From IMG/VR virus record IMGVR_UViG_3300025888_000014, positions 1 through 56,306 of that record: a stretch of DNA of 56,306 nt; one strand, written 5' to 3'. The notes below the pieces were generated by a model. The model was not told the origin of the DNA and ran no database searches. It worked only from the letters and a program-made list of their open reading frames with translations. This document shows positions 26,251 through 36,403 of this stretch, piece by piece. Origin of the DNA: a virus. Taxonomy: Duplodnaviria > Caudoviricetes. Made by a program: the position numbers and the translations under genes. The stretch's first letter is position 1, and each line of letters opens with the position of its first letter.

Positions 26251-26997
26251 ATGAACAAAAAAACAGCAGTAATAATCCTCGCCATGGCAATCAGTCTGGT
26301 TGCCTGCAAATCGGGAGAGGTTACCAATGAAGTCAAAACCGTCGTCGTGAGAATGATGTGCGACACGCTGGGATGCAAAGGCGAGATGAAGCCGACAGGA
26401 GTATGCCTCACCACTTATCCCGCGCAATGGCCGCACGCCTGCACGGTCTGTAAGGTAGGCAGGACGTACAGAATCGTCTATCCTGATAAACGGTTTGAAA
26501 CGGTCGCAGACAAAAACAAATTGACTGAAGGTTTCATCCCGTATTTTACGATTGAAACGAACATAATGTCGAAAGATGTGCTTCTAATTCAGCCCAGCAT
26601 CGCCACAAACTGGCAATCCATCGGCACCTACACGCCGAAAACTGGCGCTAGCGAAGATGTCCAGCGCGGGAACATCGTCACCAACACAACGGCTATCCTC
26701 GAATGGAAAGGAAAGCGGCATGAACTTCTGCTTGAAAGCGTCAACGGGCCGGAGTGCGGCGAGAGAAGGGTGCCAATGCAAAATCAGTGGCCCCAACAGT
26801 GGTATGGACTTGGATGGATGGGCACGAATATCACGATTACGAATATTCTGCTTAACGACCTTATACCCCACGAACAACAGGGGTTCACCATCACGAATTC
26901 GGTTTGGATTGACCACATCGAAGGCACGAATATCGGGCCGTGGATTCAAGTCATGACCAACTCCAATCATAATTATAATCTGGAAACGAAATGGTGA
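26251..26997 (+). CDS. Lipoprotein with Cys-rich domain and TN-rich tail
   Basis: MNKK + hydrophobic core + LVA-C lipobox; AAGGAG RBS. Confidence 0.75.
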   Translation: MNKKTAVIILAMAISLVACKSGEVTNEVKTVVVRMMCDTLGCKGEMKPTGVCLTTYPAQWPHACTVCKVGRTYRIVYPDKRFETVADKNKLTEGFIPYFTIETNIMSKDVLLIQPSIATNWQSIGTYTPKTGASEDVQRGNIVTNTTAILEWKGKRHELLLESVNGPECGERRVPMQNQWPQQWYGLGWMGTNITITNILLNDLIPHEQQGFTITNSVWIDHIEGTNIGPWIQVMTNSNHNYNLETKW

Positions 26998-27004
26998 GGA
27001 AATT

Positions 27005-27181
27005 ATGAACATTGACGAGGCGTTATTCTTGGCGGGATATTTAGGACGGGAAGTGGATATAGTTTTAGCGGACGAGGTACGGCGGTTGCGAATCGAGGTG
27101 GATCGAATGGGATGCGGTCAAGATTCAAAGCCGCAAAAAATGACCCCAGCGGTAACAACTCCCGAAGTTCCCACGACATGA
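27005..27181 (+). CDS. 58-aa hypothetical protein
   Basis: GAGG RBS; MNIDEALFLAG..LADEVRRLR; not in the track. Confidence 0.55.
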   Translation: MNIDEALFLAGYLGREVDIVLADEVRRLRIEVDRMGCGQDSKPQKMTPAVTTPEVPTT

Positions 27182-27228
27182 TGCGTAACATGCGTGGCGG
27201 AAGCAACAACCCGCCGGGGCCAAAGTGG

Positions 27229-29511
27229 TTATTCTGACTTCGGAGTCGCCTCCGCCATCATTTTCGTTCGAGAAATCTGGGCATCGTTCATCATGGTTTT
27301 TCGGTTTTCCTCGGCCATCATGCTTTGGTCGGCGCGGTTCTGGTCTTGCTGGTGGGCATCCGCTTTGATCTGGTTCTTCAATCCGGCCTGTTCGGCCTGC
27401 AACTTCATCTTGGATGCAGCGGCTTCCTCGTGCATCTGGACTGCGGCCGTGGCCTTACCCACGATCGAGGCTGTAGCGGCGTCGGATTCCTGCTTGGCAC
27501 CGACCTGGGTGGCGTCTTGTTGCGCCTTGGCCTGGTCCTGGGCCTTCTTCGTCACCGCCTGTTCGATGGTTCGGATGTCGTTTGAGATTTTACCCAGCGC
27601 GTCCGCGGCCGCCTTGGCCATTTCCTGCCGGGCCGGGTCGGCCTGCATCTGTTGAAGCAGCGCGCCGATGTGTTGCTCGACCTGGTGCATCCCCCACACG
27701 TCCCGGGCGGTGGCCAAGCCGTCTTGCATCCCCATCTGAACCTCCTCGCCAAGCAGTTTGATCAGGACCGTGACCTGATCGATGACGTTGGCGTTGTCCA
27801 TAACAGCCGGCTGGTGACCGCGCATGAGCATGGTGAAGTCGGATTCAGCCGATTTCTGGGACGGCGTGGTTTCTGCCTTGTTATCCATAGGGGCGAACTG
27901 GGCGCCCTTGCGCGAGTCGTCCGTCATGACGCTGGTGGCGAAATTGAGGATTTCCTGCTGGGACTGAGGACTGAACGCCATTCGATTTTGCATGAGCCAG
28001 TTGGCCTGGGCGGTCGCCATGGTGGGATTACCGGCGCCAGCGGGAACCTCGATCTCGACCTTCCATTTCTTGATGTCGATCCATTCGTCCGGGATACCGC
28101 GCGCCTTGACCTTTTCGCGGAATAATTTCACAAGTTTATCATTGGACTTGTCGATGCAGAAACGTCGGGCGATCTCCTGGTATTGAAACTTCTTTCGACC
28201 GAAGGCCACGATCATAATGTTGGACATCATAGCGTTAACGAGGCTCAACATAGCGGCAACTTCGTAGGCGGTGCGTTCTTTCTGAGTGCCATTGTCTATG
28301 GACTGGTTGTACTGGGTGGCCGCTTCGTTCATGAGTTGCTTTAATTGGGCCTGAACGGATTCTACGAGAGGCAAGTTGACCTGGTGGCGTTCATTTGACG
28401 GAACAATTTGGGTGCCCTCTGGTAGAATGGAAGAATTGAACAGGTTGATTACCGATGGCCGGGCCTTTCCGGCGGGAGTGGTCTGCTTCAACAGGATGTT
28501 CATATTCTCGAAAGCGTGTTGAATCTTCCGGCAAAGCATCTGGTTTGACCAGAAACAAGGCTCAAAAAGCAGATAGCCAAGGGAACGGACAGCATGGTAT
28601 TTCCTTGGCGCATCAGCGGTAAGATCGCCATATTGAACGTGCAAAAGTTGACCGAGAGAATCAGCAACGCCATCCTTTTCGTAAAAGAATTTGTCGGGTT
28701 TTTCGCCTTTCACGCCTCCGACAGCCGCAAGCATTTTGTGATTCCATTTATCGGTATCGTCGTCTTTGTAATAAAAGCTCCAAAACTTGACCGTGGGAGC
28801 CTTATCAGAGGAAAGAAAACCTACCCCTTGGCGATAGGCTGAAAGAATCTTTTCCTCAGTCAGGTTCATGTCGTTGGTTTGGGTTTCAAATAGATCATCT
28901 TTGTAGAGTGCCATCGTTTTTGTAATGAGAGGCTTATTCCAATGCGTATCAGCATGTGTATCGAATGCCATTTTGATCAGTTCGCCGATGGTGAATTCTC
29001 GGAGCCAGGCAAACCACGGCATTCTGGTCATGGAAGTTTTCGTATCAGTTGGGATACGAAGATCATCAATGGCGATGAATTCAGGGATCGGCTCTTCGTC
29101 GTCTTTCCACATGACCGGAGCGATTCCGTGGGCAATCACGGCGTTATTTTCGTCACCTATGCACTCCATCATTTCAGCGGAGTCCTTCAGCACCTCATTG
29201 ACATCCTCGGTGATTCCGGTTTCATACCCGGTTTTAACTTCCTTCGGGGCCTTGGGCAAAAGAACGCGAAAGAAATACTTCGCCTTTAAAAACGCGCCAT
29301 CCATTTGACGAATGGCGTGGGCGAATAAAACGCACGCTTCCTTGAAGTTGGATTTGATCTCCTGGTGAAGTTTGGCCGCTTCTTCATTGGTGATGAGTTG
29401 CCCGCCATTAAGCATGTTTGTGACCTTGGCGCGGTTGGCTGAACGATCGCGGTTAATGTCGTCACCCTGGGCAATTGTCGTGAGTATGCGTTCTACAGAA
29501 CCGAATTTCAT
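27229..29511 (-). CDS. Portal protein (podovirus-like)
   Basis: 760 aa downstream of the terminase; RTAYEV motif; Q/A-rich helical C-terminal barrel. Confidence 0.8.
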   Translation of the reverse strand: MKFGSVERILTTIAQGDDINRDRSANRAKVTNMLNGGQLITNEEAAKLHQEIKSNFKEACVLFAHAIRQMDGAFLKAKYFFRVLLPKAPKEVKTGYETGITEDVNEVLKDSAEMMECIGDENNAVIAHGIAPVMWKDDEEPIPEFIAIDDLRIPTDTKTSMTRMPWFAWLREFTIGELIKMAFDTHADTHWNKPLITKTMALYKDDLFETQTNDMNLTEEKILSAYRQGVGFLSSDKAPTVKFWSFYYKDDDTDKWNHKMLAAVGGVKGEKPDKFFYEKDGVADSLGQLLHVQYGDLTADAPRKYHAVRSLGYLLFEPCFWSNQMLCRKIQHAFENMNILLKQTTPAGKARPSVINLFNSSILPEGTQIVPSNERHQVNLPLVESVQAQLKQLMNEAATQYNQSIDNGTQKERTAYEVAAMLSLVNAMMSNIMIVAFGRKKFQYQEIARRFCIDKSNDKLVKLFREKVKARGIPDEWIDIKKWKVEIEVPAGAGNPTMATAQANWLMQNRMAFSPQSQQEILNFATSVMTDDSRKGAQFAPMDNKAETTPSQKSAESDFTMLMRGHQPAVMDNANVIDQVTVLIKLLGEEVQMGMQDGLATARDVWGMHQVEQHIGALLQQMQADPARQEMAKAAADALGKISNDIRTIEQAVTKKAQDQAKAQQDATQVGAKQESDAATASIVGKATAAVQMHEEAAASKMKLQAEQAGLKNQIKADAHQQDQNRADQSMMAEENRKTMMNDAQISRTKMMAEATPKSE

Positions 29512-29515
29512 AATA

Positions 29516-30145
29516 TTATAGGGTTAAAAGTTGCTGGCCGAGTGTCATCCAATCGGCAATAAGTTTGTCATGTTTCGATAGATTGCATTTATCACATGAG
29601 ACGCAAAGATTTTCTACTGAGTGCATTCCACCTTTAGAAAGAGGAATCATGTGGTCAAAGTGAATATGATTTGTGGAAACTCTTTTCTGACAGTAGTAAC
29701 AGATCGCTGATGGTTTAGATTTGACAGATTCAATAAAATCCAGGATTGGTTTAGGATTAGTAGTTCTCTGTTGAACAGTTATTCGTCTCTCTGTGGCTCG
29801 GTGAAATAATCCGGCTTTATATTTAGGATCGGTGGCGTATCGTTTCTTGTGATAAGCCGCCATTTTTACTTTTATTACTTCTTTATTCTTTAACGCATAT
29901 CCTTTTGCTTGATTATGTATGCTATCTTTATTAGCTTCGTGGTATTGTTTATTCCTCTGATTAACAATATCTTTGTGAGAATCATAGTATTTCTTTGCAG
30001 TTGCGTGTCTTTTATCTCTATTCTTTTCAGACCACGCTTTAAGCTGAATACGTTTCTTGTCTATGATCTTTGCATGATACTTCATATAAATCCCTGGATG
30101 GTCTTTTCTATACTGTCTCCAATATGCAGCATCGCGTGTGATCAT
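29516..30145 (-). CDS. HNH endonuclease with repetitive basic N-terminus
   Basis: CYYC..HFDHMIPLSKGGMHSVENL..CDKCNLSK; AT-rich. Confidence 0.92.
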   Translation of the reverse strand: MITRDAAYWRQYRKDHPGIYMKYHAKIIDKKRIQLKAWSEKNRDKRHATAKKYYDSHKDIVNQRNKQYHEANKDSIHNQAKGYALKNKEVIKVKMAAYHKKRYATDPKYKAGLFHRATERRITVQQRTTNPKPILDFIESVKSKPSAICYYCQKRVSTNHIHFDHMIPLSKGGMHSVENLCVSCDKCNLSKHDKLIADWMTLGQQLLTL

Positions 30146-30558
30146 AAACTTAACGCCTCCATTTCTAATCTAAGCCAACAAAAAGTAGGATATTCCTTAA
30201 ATTCTTCTACGGAGTGATGAGATGATATATGTTTTATTGGTACATGAATCTTAAGTCTTATATTGCACCCGCACTTGGAGCAGTAATGTGTCTTTGACTC
30301 TAAAGGTTCTGGCAACGCCATCTTCAATTCATTGCGTATCAGTAATTGTTTTAACATTACCCTGGCTATGGGATCGCTAAGATGTTTCTGCGCCCAATTT
30401 GGACTGATATTATTTGGGCATTTCTCACCATTGAAACCATACAAACAGGATTTCACTCGCTCCAAAGCAATCAGGGAACTTACCGGCTCCATACCCTCTC
30501 CCAGCCAATCCAAAAGAATCGGTGCAGCCCCGGCCATCTGTTTTAGGTCTTTGATCAT
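30142..30558 (-). CDS. Cys-rich hypothetical protein
   Basis: ATGA overlaps; C..CP..CSKCGC..K..CW. Confidence 0.7.
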   Translation of the reverse strand: MIKDLKQMAGAAPILLDWLGEGMEPVSSLIALERVKSCLYGFNGEKCPNNISPNWAQKHLSDPIARVMLKQLLIRNELKMALPEPLESKTHYCSKCGCNIRLKIHVPIKHISSHHSVEEFKEYPTFCWLRLEMEALSL

Positions 30559-30857
30559 TTTATGTGCGCTCCGCATCCGCCGCATGGTGTTCGCATGGCA
30601 GTTGACTGATACGTGGGCGATGACGTGGTGATGGTATAGTTGAAATATTTTGGCATACCGCCAAGGCGCATGGCGTTGAAGGAATCAATATCCTCCAGGC
30701 ATTCGTTGAAGGTTGCGCGTGGGAGTTTGTTGCCCTTCCGATAATCTAGGAGCGCTTTTGTGGACTCTTTGATCATCGTCGTTTTGTGGATACCATCTGG
30801 GTACGGATACATGAACCCGCCGGGGATCGAGGATTCTGGAGCTTTGAGTTGCATCAT
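30555..30857 (-). CDS. Hypothetical protein
   Basis: IPGGFMY N-terminus, CGGCG C-terminus. Confidence 0.7.
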   Translation of the reverse strand: MMQLKAPESSIPGGFMYPYPDGIHKTTMIKESTKALLDYRKGNKLPRATFNECLEDIDSFNAMRLGGMPKYFNYTITTSSPTYQSTAMRTPCGGCGAHIK

Positions 30858-30858
30858 A

Positions 30859-32682
30859 TCAAGTTTGGGTTAACAGGCTGTTGCTGATCGCCTCGTCATA
30901 TCGGCGGCGCTCGGCTTCAAAGTAATCTTCCTCGTCATCGTCTTGCGGTTCCACGTTTGAGCCTAGGCGTTCGATAACGAATCCAAGACGGGTCGCCATC
31001 TCCAAACCGATGGCGATCGCGTCGAAATTGTTTGGCGACTTCCCGCCATTGCTCTCTTTCAGGTCCTCTTTTTTCTCAATGGAGATTTTTGCACCGGCTA
31101 CTGTTTTATATTTGCGTTGGCAACCCTCTTCAAGTGCCGTTTCAGGAAGTCCTCGAATCTGATCCGAGTCGATGGCGTAGGACACTCTGAGCCATAGTTC
31201 GGTAATGAAACGGTCAACGTGTTCGACCCAAGTTTTTAGGCGTCTGGTTTGGTTGGTTCCTTCCATGACGTATTCACCATCTCGCACGATTCTATCAGTC
31301 GGGCGACCGCCAGCGTTAATTGGGACCGGGCAGTTAAAGCCGAACACCTGGGCAAACGCCTGGCCAATGGTGCCCTTCCCGAATGAATCGTATCCGCAGT
31401 TTTCAACCGGGCATTTATGAGATTCGAGGTCCGCTTTTACCGCCACGGCAATCTGAGTCTCGGGCGTTTTGAATTTGGGATCATCGCGTTTAAGGATCAG
31501 AATCGGAATGACTCGGAAATCAGTAATGCAGAAAATCGTCTTGCCGTTTGCGGCTGTGCCAAACTCGAAAAAGTAAATCACGCAATCATCACCGCCACCA
31601 TAAGCCGGGTCCAGGGCGCAAATCTTCGTACGAGCCACACCCTTCCATATCGGTTCATCTGAAGCATGGTGCTCGGTGCATTGATCTCGCGTTATGATCC
31701 GTTTGCTCGCCATGGAAAGGCATGTCACACCTTTTACCTGTGACTTAAATGCTTCTGAATCCACGCCGCCAGAATTAGCGGCCATTAACTTTGCATATTT
31801 AGGTCCGATTAGACCCTTGTAATGCTCGGCTTCATCGGGAAATTCGACGATGTTTGGAGAATCGGTTCCCACCAAATTGACGCATTTCCCGCCATAAAGT
31901 TTGGTTGGCCATGTGGTCGTAACGTCTGGTTCAATGTAGGATGTCCAACCTTTGAGCGGTTCTGCGGCCAGTCCAAGGGGAGAATTAACGTCATGATCTG
32001 GGTTGCTCATGGCCGCTACTTTCAACTCGTAATTGGAGTAAAGATTGGGGAGGCAAGCGAGAAATGCCGTTTTCATGAAAGATAAATCATCGGCTGCTAT
32101 CCGCATGTGGGGCGCTTTGATACCGGCGTAATTTCCCAGGCCAGCAGATGATTTATCCCGGCAAGCAATTCCCTGAATCCCTCTATCCATCGCGGTCGTA
32201 GCATCGGGATCATCGTCCTCGTAAATGATGGCGTGTTTGTAGTCAACGATCCGACCCGGTAACCATGGGTGAAGTGCCCGAGCCTCGGTAAACATGGTTT
32301 TGATCTGGGCGAAAATCGAGTTTTCTAGTTTCTTGACGGTGGTCGTGGAAATGATGAAAAGGGTGTTTTTGGGATCAGCCCACCAGTCGAGCATGTAGGA
32401 GGCGGATACCGTGGAGGTCTTTTGAGACGAAGCGGATCCCATGAAAATCGTGAAGATGTTCTCGCTGGACTCCTTCAAAATCAATTCCGTCCAACGGTGG
32501 ACGTATCGTTTCGGCCAGGCGAGTTTGAACGCCTGGAGTTTATGCCAGAACATCCCTTCGCCGCATTCCTCGCCTTTTTTGTTCGTCCAGCGGCCACCTT
32601 TAGCGATACAGAAAAGTTCAATCTGGAGCGGATAATCGTTCACCCCCCAGGTGCAACCGTATTTTTTTGTGCTTTTAGCCAT
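30859..32682 (-). CDS. terL: Terminase large subunit
   Basis: Walker A-like GSASSQKT, Walker B-like IAADD, SNP coupling motif, nuclease LDPAYGGGDD and KSPNNFDA. Confidence 0.88.
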   Translation of the reverse strand: MAKSTKKYGCTWGVNDYPLQIELFCIAKGGRWTNKKGEECGEGMFWHKLQAFKLAWPKRYVHRWTELILKESSENIFTIFMGSASSQKTSTVSASYMLDWWADPKNTLFIISTTTVKKLENSIFAQIKTMFTEARALHPWLPGRIVDYKHAIIYEDDDPDATTAMDRGIQGIACRDKSSAGLGNYAGIKAPHMRIAADDLSFMKTAFLACLPNLYSNYELKVAAMSNPDHDVNSPLGLAAEPLKGWTSYIEPDVTTTWPTKLYGGKCVNLVGTDSPNIVEFPDEAEHYKGLIGPKYAKLMAANSGGVDSEAFKSQVKGVTCLSMASKRIITRDQCTEHHASDEPIWKGVARTKICALDPAYGGGDDCVIYFFEFGTAANGKTIFCITDFRVIPILILKRDDPKFKTPETQIAVAVKADLESHKCPVENCGYDSFGKGTIGQAFAQVFGFNCPVPINAGGRPTDRIVRDGEYVMEGTNQTRRLKTWVEHVDRFITELWLRVSYAIDSDQIRGLPETALEEGCQRKYKTVAGAKISIEKKEDLKESNGGKSPNNFDAIAIGLEMATRLGFVIERLGSNVEPQDDDEEDYFEAERRRYDEAISNSLLTQT

Positions 32683-32692
32683 GAACCCGTGC

Positions 32693-32744
32693 TTGACACG
32701 GCGCTGTTTAGGGGCAAAGTAACGGGGTATAGCGATAACGTCAA
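32693..32744. promoter_or_regulatory. Overlapping divergent sigma70 promoters (packaging operon / tail operon)
   Basis: Plus: TTGACA(32693)-N16-CAAAGT. Minus: TTGACG(32744)-N17-TACTTT. Confidence 0.55.
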
Positions 32745-32772
32745 CAGTAACGTTTGATTAATAGGTGAATTT

Positions 32773-33573
32773 ATGGCATTACCAAGTTTTTTCATGTGCG
32801 GTTGCGGGTGCGGAACGGCGGGGGTTGGAACAGGCGCCGACATTCCGGGGTCCGCCGGGGCAAATGGGATCAATGGCCAGAACGCCTACACGACTCTGGC
32901 CGCGGCGCTGACGATCCCTGCCATCGGGGCGAACGTGACGGCCACGGTGCCAAACGCTTATTTCATGGCATTCGGCCAGGATATTGCCATCGGATCGTCC
33001 ACGATTGGGATGGCTCATTTCAAGGTGGCGGCGAACGTAACTTCCCAGACTAGCGTTGTCCTGACGTTCATGGGGTATCCTGGGGACGCTGCGCCAGCGG
33101 CCGTGTTGCCGATCGGCTCGGTGGTTTCGCCAACGGGAACGTGGGGGTTGCCCGCGCCGTTGAAGGTGTACGGGTCGGGAACGCCTTATGCCATCACTAA
33201 TTTTCATCTTCCAATTATCATGGGAACCACCAGTCCTTCGTTAACCCTTACTTCTCCAGGGACATATCTGATTTTTTCGAGAGTAAAACTCAGAAACAAC
33301 TCGGCAGCCACCGTTGCCGGGGAATATGTAACCATAAATCTGGACAATGCTGGTAATGTTCCGATCCCTAATGCAACTACAGAGTGGGTTTGTCCTGGAA
33401 TTGTGAATGGAGTTGGACGTTATCTGGCCGATCTGGTCCTTCCACCAGTCGTTTACACTACGGCGGTGATAACTGATACGGTGACACTTATGGCCATAGC
33501 CAACGCCGGAGTTACCAATGCTGGCGCGTACAATATCTCAGAGGCTGAAATCGTAGCCATCCGAATTTCTTGA
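32773..33573 (+). CDS. Putative virion/tail protein
   Basis: CGCGCG N-terminus, short collagen stretch, beta-rich C-terminal domain. Confidence 0.55.
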   Translation: MALPSFFMCGCGCGTAGVGTGADIPGSAGANGINGQNAYTTLAAALTIPAIGANVTATVPNAYFMAFGQDIAIGSSTIGMAHFKVAANVTSQTSVVLTFMGYPGDAAPAAVLPIGSVVSPTGTWGLPAPLKVYGSGTPYAITNFHLPIIMGTTSPSLTLTSPGTYLIFSRVKLRNNSAATVAGEYVTINLDNAGNVPIPNATTEWVCPGIVNGVGRYLADLVLPPVVYTTAVITDTVTLMAIANAGVTNAGAYNISEAEIVAIRIS

Positions 33574-33574
33574 T

Positions 33575-35611
33575 ATGGCAGGCGAATTCAAACCCAGGAT
33601 ATTGATCGACGGATTCAACGAGTGTTCCGGTGGGATGAATCGTGGGGTAAAACCTATTCTGCTCGCCAAGAACGTCCTGGCCAACGCCATAAACGTCACG
33701 GTGCGCGGCACCTTCCCTACCGCCCGCCCAGCGTTCAAAAAGCTGACCTTGACCTATTCCAGCCCAGCCGTGCAATCCGCGTTCGAGGCGGGTATCTGGA
33801 AAAGCGGGTGCGCATACGACCCAGACAACGTGGCGGAAAGTTTGGTGGCTTCGTTGACGGGAATTCTGTACCAGGTGACGCCTTTGGCCACTGGCTACAG
33901 CGCCACCGTTACGGAGGTCAGCGCAACGACGACCCAGCAAAACGCGGGTGTTCGTCGGCATTGGCTTTGGCAGTCGGAGAATGACATAAACTGGAATGAT
34001 GGGATTTCCAAACCGGTTTTCTTCAACCAGTTCGATTCTCCCGCCGCTTGCACGCGTTCGGGATACGCGGCTACGCAGAATTTCACCAATTCCAACATGG
34101 CAGATTTTATCATTCCGCCTGTGGGCATGGGTGTCACGGTTACGTTTGCTTCTGCGGCCAATCTTCTGGCTGGGTACATTGTCAAAGTAGCCAACAAGGG
34201 CGCGATGGTGGTGCAGTTAATCACGGGGAACGACGTTGACCTGATGAATCAGAGCACGATGCCTATTGGTGGCAACGTTCTAGCGAATACGGTTCTTTCC
34301 TGGCAGGTTGTAAGCGAAGAACTCCCTCCCGGTCGCATGGGCGTCTATGGAATGGGTCGCAACTCAGTTTGCCTGCCTGACGGAAAGAGCATCGTCATTT
34401 CTGACATGGTGGGAGGGCCTAGCGGCACCGTGGGCAAGCAATACCGGGACGCACAGCGCCACATAACCGAGAATTTCTACCTGAAAGGAGGTGGTCTGTT
34501 TATCATTCCCGGTTCAGTGGGGTCCATAAAGGCCATGCGCCACGTCAGCGTTCTGGATCAGTCCCTGGGCCAGGGGCCAATGCAAATCCTGACGGCCAAG
34601 GAGATTTTCTCCTGCATGGCACCGACCGATCGCTCAAAGTGGCAGACCATGACTGATCCGATCATGCCACAAAGTCTGATTGGCAATGGCGCGACCGGGC
34701 AGGACTCGACGATCAATGCCGGTGGGGATTTGATGTTCCGTTCGCCGGGTGGGATTGCCTCTCTGATCCTGGGACGGCGCGACTTCGCCACATGGGGCAA
34801 CACAACGTGCAGCCGGGAGGTCGATCCGATCCTTTACCGGGACAGCCCGGACCTGCTCGAATTTTCCAGCTCCGTTGAATTCGACAATCGCCTGTTGATG
34901 ACGTGCGGGCCGACACCTTCACCGCAGGGGTACTATTTCAACGGATTGATCGCCCTGAACTTTGATCCGTTGTCGAGTTTGCGCGGGAAAGCGCCAGCGG
35001 TTTATGACGGCCTTTGGACCGGACTCAACATATTGCAAGTCATCGCCGGTGAATTCAATGGCCGTCAACGCTGCTTCGCTTTTACCTACAATGCCATCCT
35101 TGCCAAGATTGAACTTTACGAGATTCTGAAGTCGGGCGATGCGGATTATGACGACGGGAATTATCTCGAACTCCGAAGGATTTCTTGGGTAATGGAAAGC
35201 CCGGTTTTGATGGGGCCGGTGAAGAATCCTGGGCATGATTTGCTGCGGTTGAAAAGTGGCGAGATACGAGTCGATAATTTGAAGGGAAAGGTCGATTTCT
35301 TCACGTTCTACAAACCCGACCAATATCCCGGTTGGATTCCATGGTTTGCTTGGCAGGAATGCGCAAAGCAACCGACAACCGCCGCGGGCACCGAAGATTA
35401 CAAGCCGCAGTTTCGCCCGCGCATGGGTCTGGGCGAGCCGGATGAACGTCTTTGCGATGAAACGACAGGGAGGCCGTTGCGAGAGGCGCACTCGTACCAG
35501 GTGAAGGTTATCGTGGTGGGCCACTGCGATTTCTTGGGATGCGACATCGAGGCCGATGCGATTCCTCAAACCGGATTCGCCCCTCAATCCTGTACTCCAA
35601 TTTGCCCATGA
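33575..35611 (+). CDS. Putative tail nozzle (tubular B / P22 gp10-like)
   Basis: 678 aa, beta-rich, GGMN..NV..RG..RP N-terminus; position in the operon. Confidence 0.6.
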   Translation: MAGEFKPRILIDGFNECSGGMNRGVKPILLAKNVLANAINVTVRGTFPTARPAFKKLTLTYSSPAVQSAFEAGIWKSGCAYDPDNVAESLVASLTGILYQVTPLATGYSATVTEVSATTTQQNAGVRRHWLWQSENDINWNDGISKPVFFNQFDSPAACTRSGYAATQNFTNSNMADFIIPPVGMGVTVTFASAANLLAGYIVKVANKGAMVVQLITGNDVDLMNQSTMPIGGNVLANTVLSWQVVSEELPPGRMGVYGMGRNSVCLPDGKSIVISDMVGGPSGTVGKQYRDAQRHITENFYLKGGGLFIIPGSVGSIKAMRHVSVLDQSLGQGPMQILTAKEIFSCMAPTDRSKWQTMTDPIMPQSLIGNGATGQDSTINAGGDLMFRSPGGIASLILGRRDFATWGNTTCSREVDPILYRDSPDLLEFSSSVEFDNRLLMTCGPTPSPQGYYFNGLIALNFDPLSSLRGKAPAVYDGLWTGLNILQVIAGEFNGRQRCFAFTYNAILAKIELYEILKSGDADYDDGNYLELRRISWVMESPVLMGPVKNPGHDLLRLKSGEIRVDNLKGKVDFFTFYKPDQYPGWIPWFAWQECAKQPTTAAGTEDYKPQFRPRMGLGEPDERLCDETTGRPLREAHSYQVKVIVVGHCDFLGCDIEADAIPQTGFAPQSCTPICP

Positions 35612-36396
35612 GCACACCCTGTCAAGGCTGCAAGGCGCTGGTGGTCCAGACGGCAGATGATTACAACGTCTATTCGCTACAGCGGGCGTTATACCCGGTG
35701 AACCCGCTGATGATTATTCCTCAGCCGAATTCTTGGGTGGATCATGTTTGCGAAGATGGGTTCGTGGTTCATCGGCTTTACACCCAAGGCGAGGACTGGA
35801 CTACGTTCTGGCAGCAAGTGTCGGCAGAGTGTGCGAATCATACGGTGCCGATTGATCCCATTGTGATTTCTGATCCGAACACGGAAACGGGTGGCACTAC
35901 GACGCCCGCGGTTGACCCAAACACCAAAACGAATGATGATCCAGTGCCAGGGCCGGACGACGTTATTACTCCGCCTCCCGTTGTCCCTCCACCTCCTGGC
36001 GATCCGATACCAGCACCTAACTACGGTCCTATGGGTTGGCCGTGGACGCCTCCGAACCCTCCTTATCCTCCCTACCCTCCGGGCACTCCAAATCCGTGGA
36101 TTCCACCAGCGATACCCCCGCTTTGCCACTATGGAGTGGAGTACAATTTCACTTATTCTTGTAGTGCAAATCCAGACGCGGCTGAGAAAGCAATTGCCTG
36201 GGCAGCGATTTACGTAGAATTCTTCATAGTGAAAGCAGTCTTTCCACACCTATATATGTCTTTTAGTTACGAAACACTGAGGAATCTGGACCCCTACCAC
36301 ATGGACCAGCAAAGTTTAGTCATAACCGCTGTTGGCAACCGATTGATTTGCTCCGATGATCCTCCTGATCCATTTGAGCCGGTTTATAATTTGTAA
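35608..36396 (+). CDS. Pro-rich putative virion protein
   Basis: ATGA overlap; long Pro/Asp/Thr linker. Confidence 0.6.
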   Translation: MSTPCQGCKALVVQTADDYNVYSLQRALYPVNPLMIIPQPNSWVDHVCEDGFVVHRLYTQGEDWTTFWQQVSAECANHTVPIDPIVISDPNTETGGTTTPAVDPNTKTNDDPVPGPDDVITPPPVVPPPPGDPIPAPNYGPMGWPWTPPNPPYPPYPPGTPNPWIPPAIPPLCHYGVEYNFTYSCSANPDAAEKAIAWAAIYVEFFIVKAVFPHLYMSFSYETLRNLDPYHMDQQSLVITAVGNRLICSDDPPDPFEPVYNL

Positions 36397-36403
36397 CAAT
36401 TTT

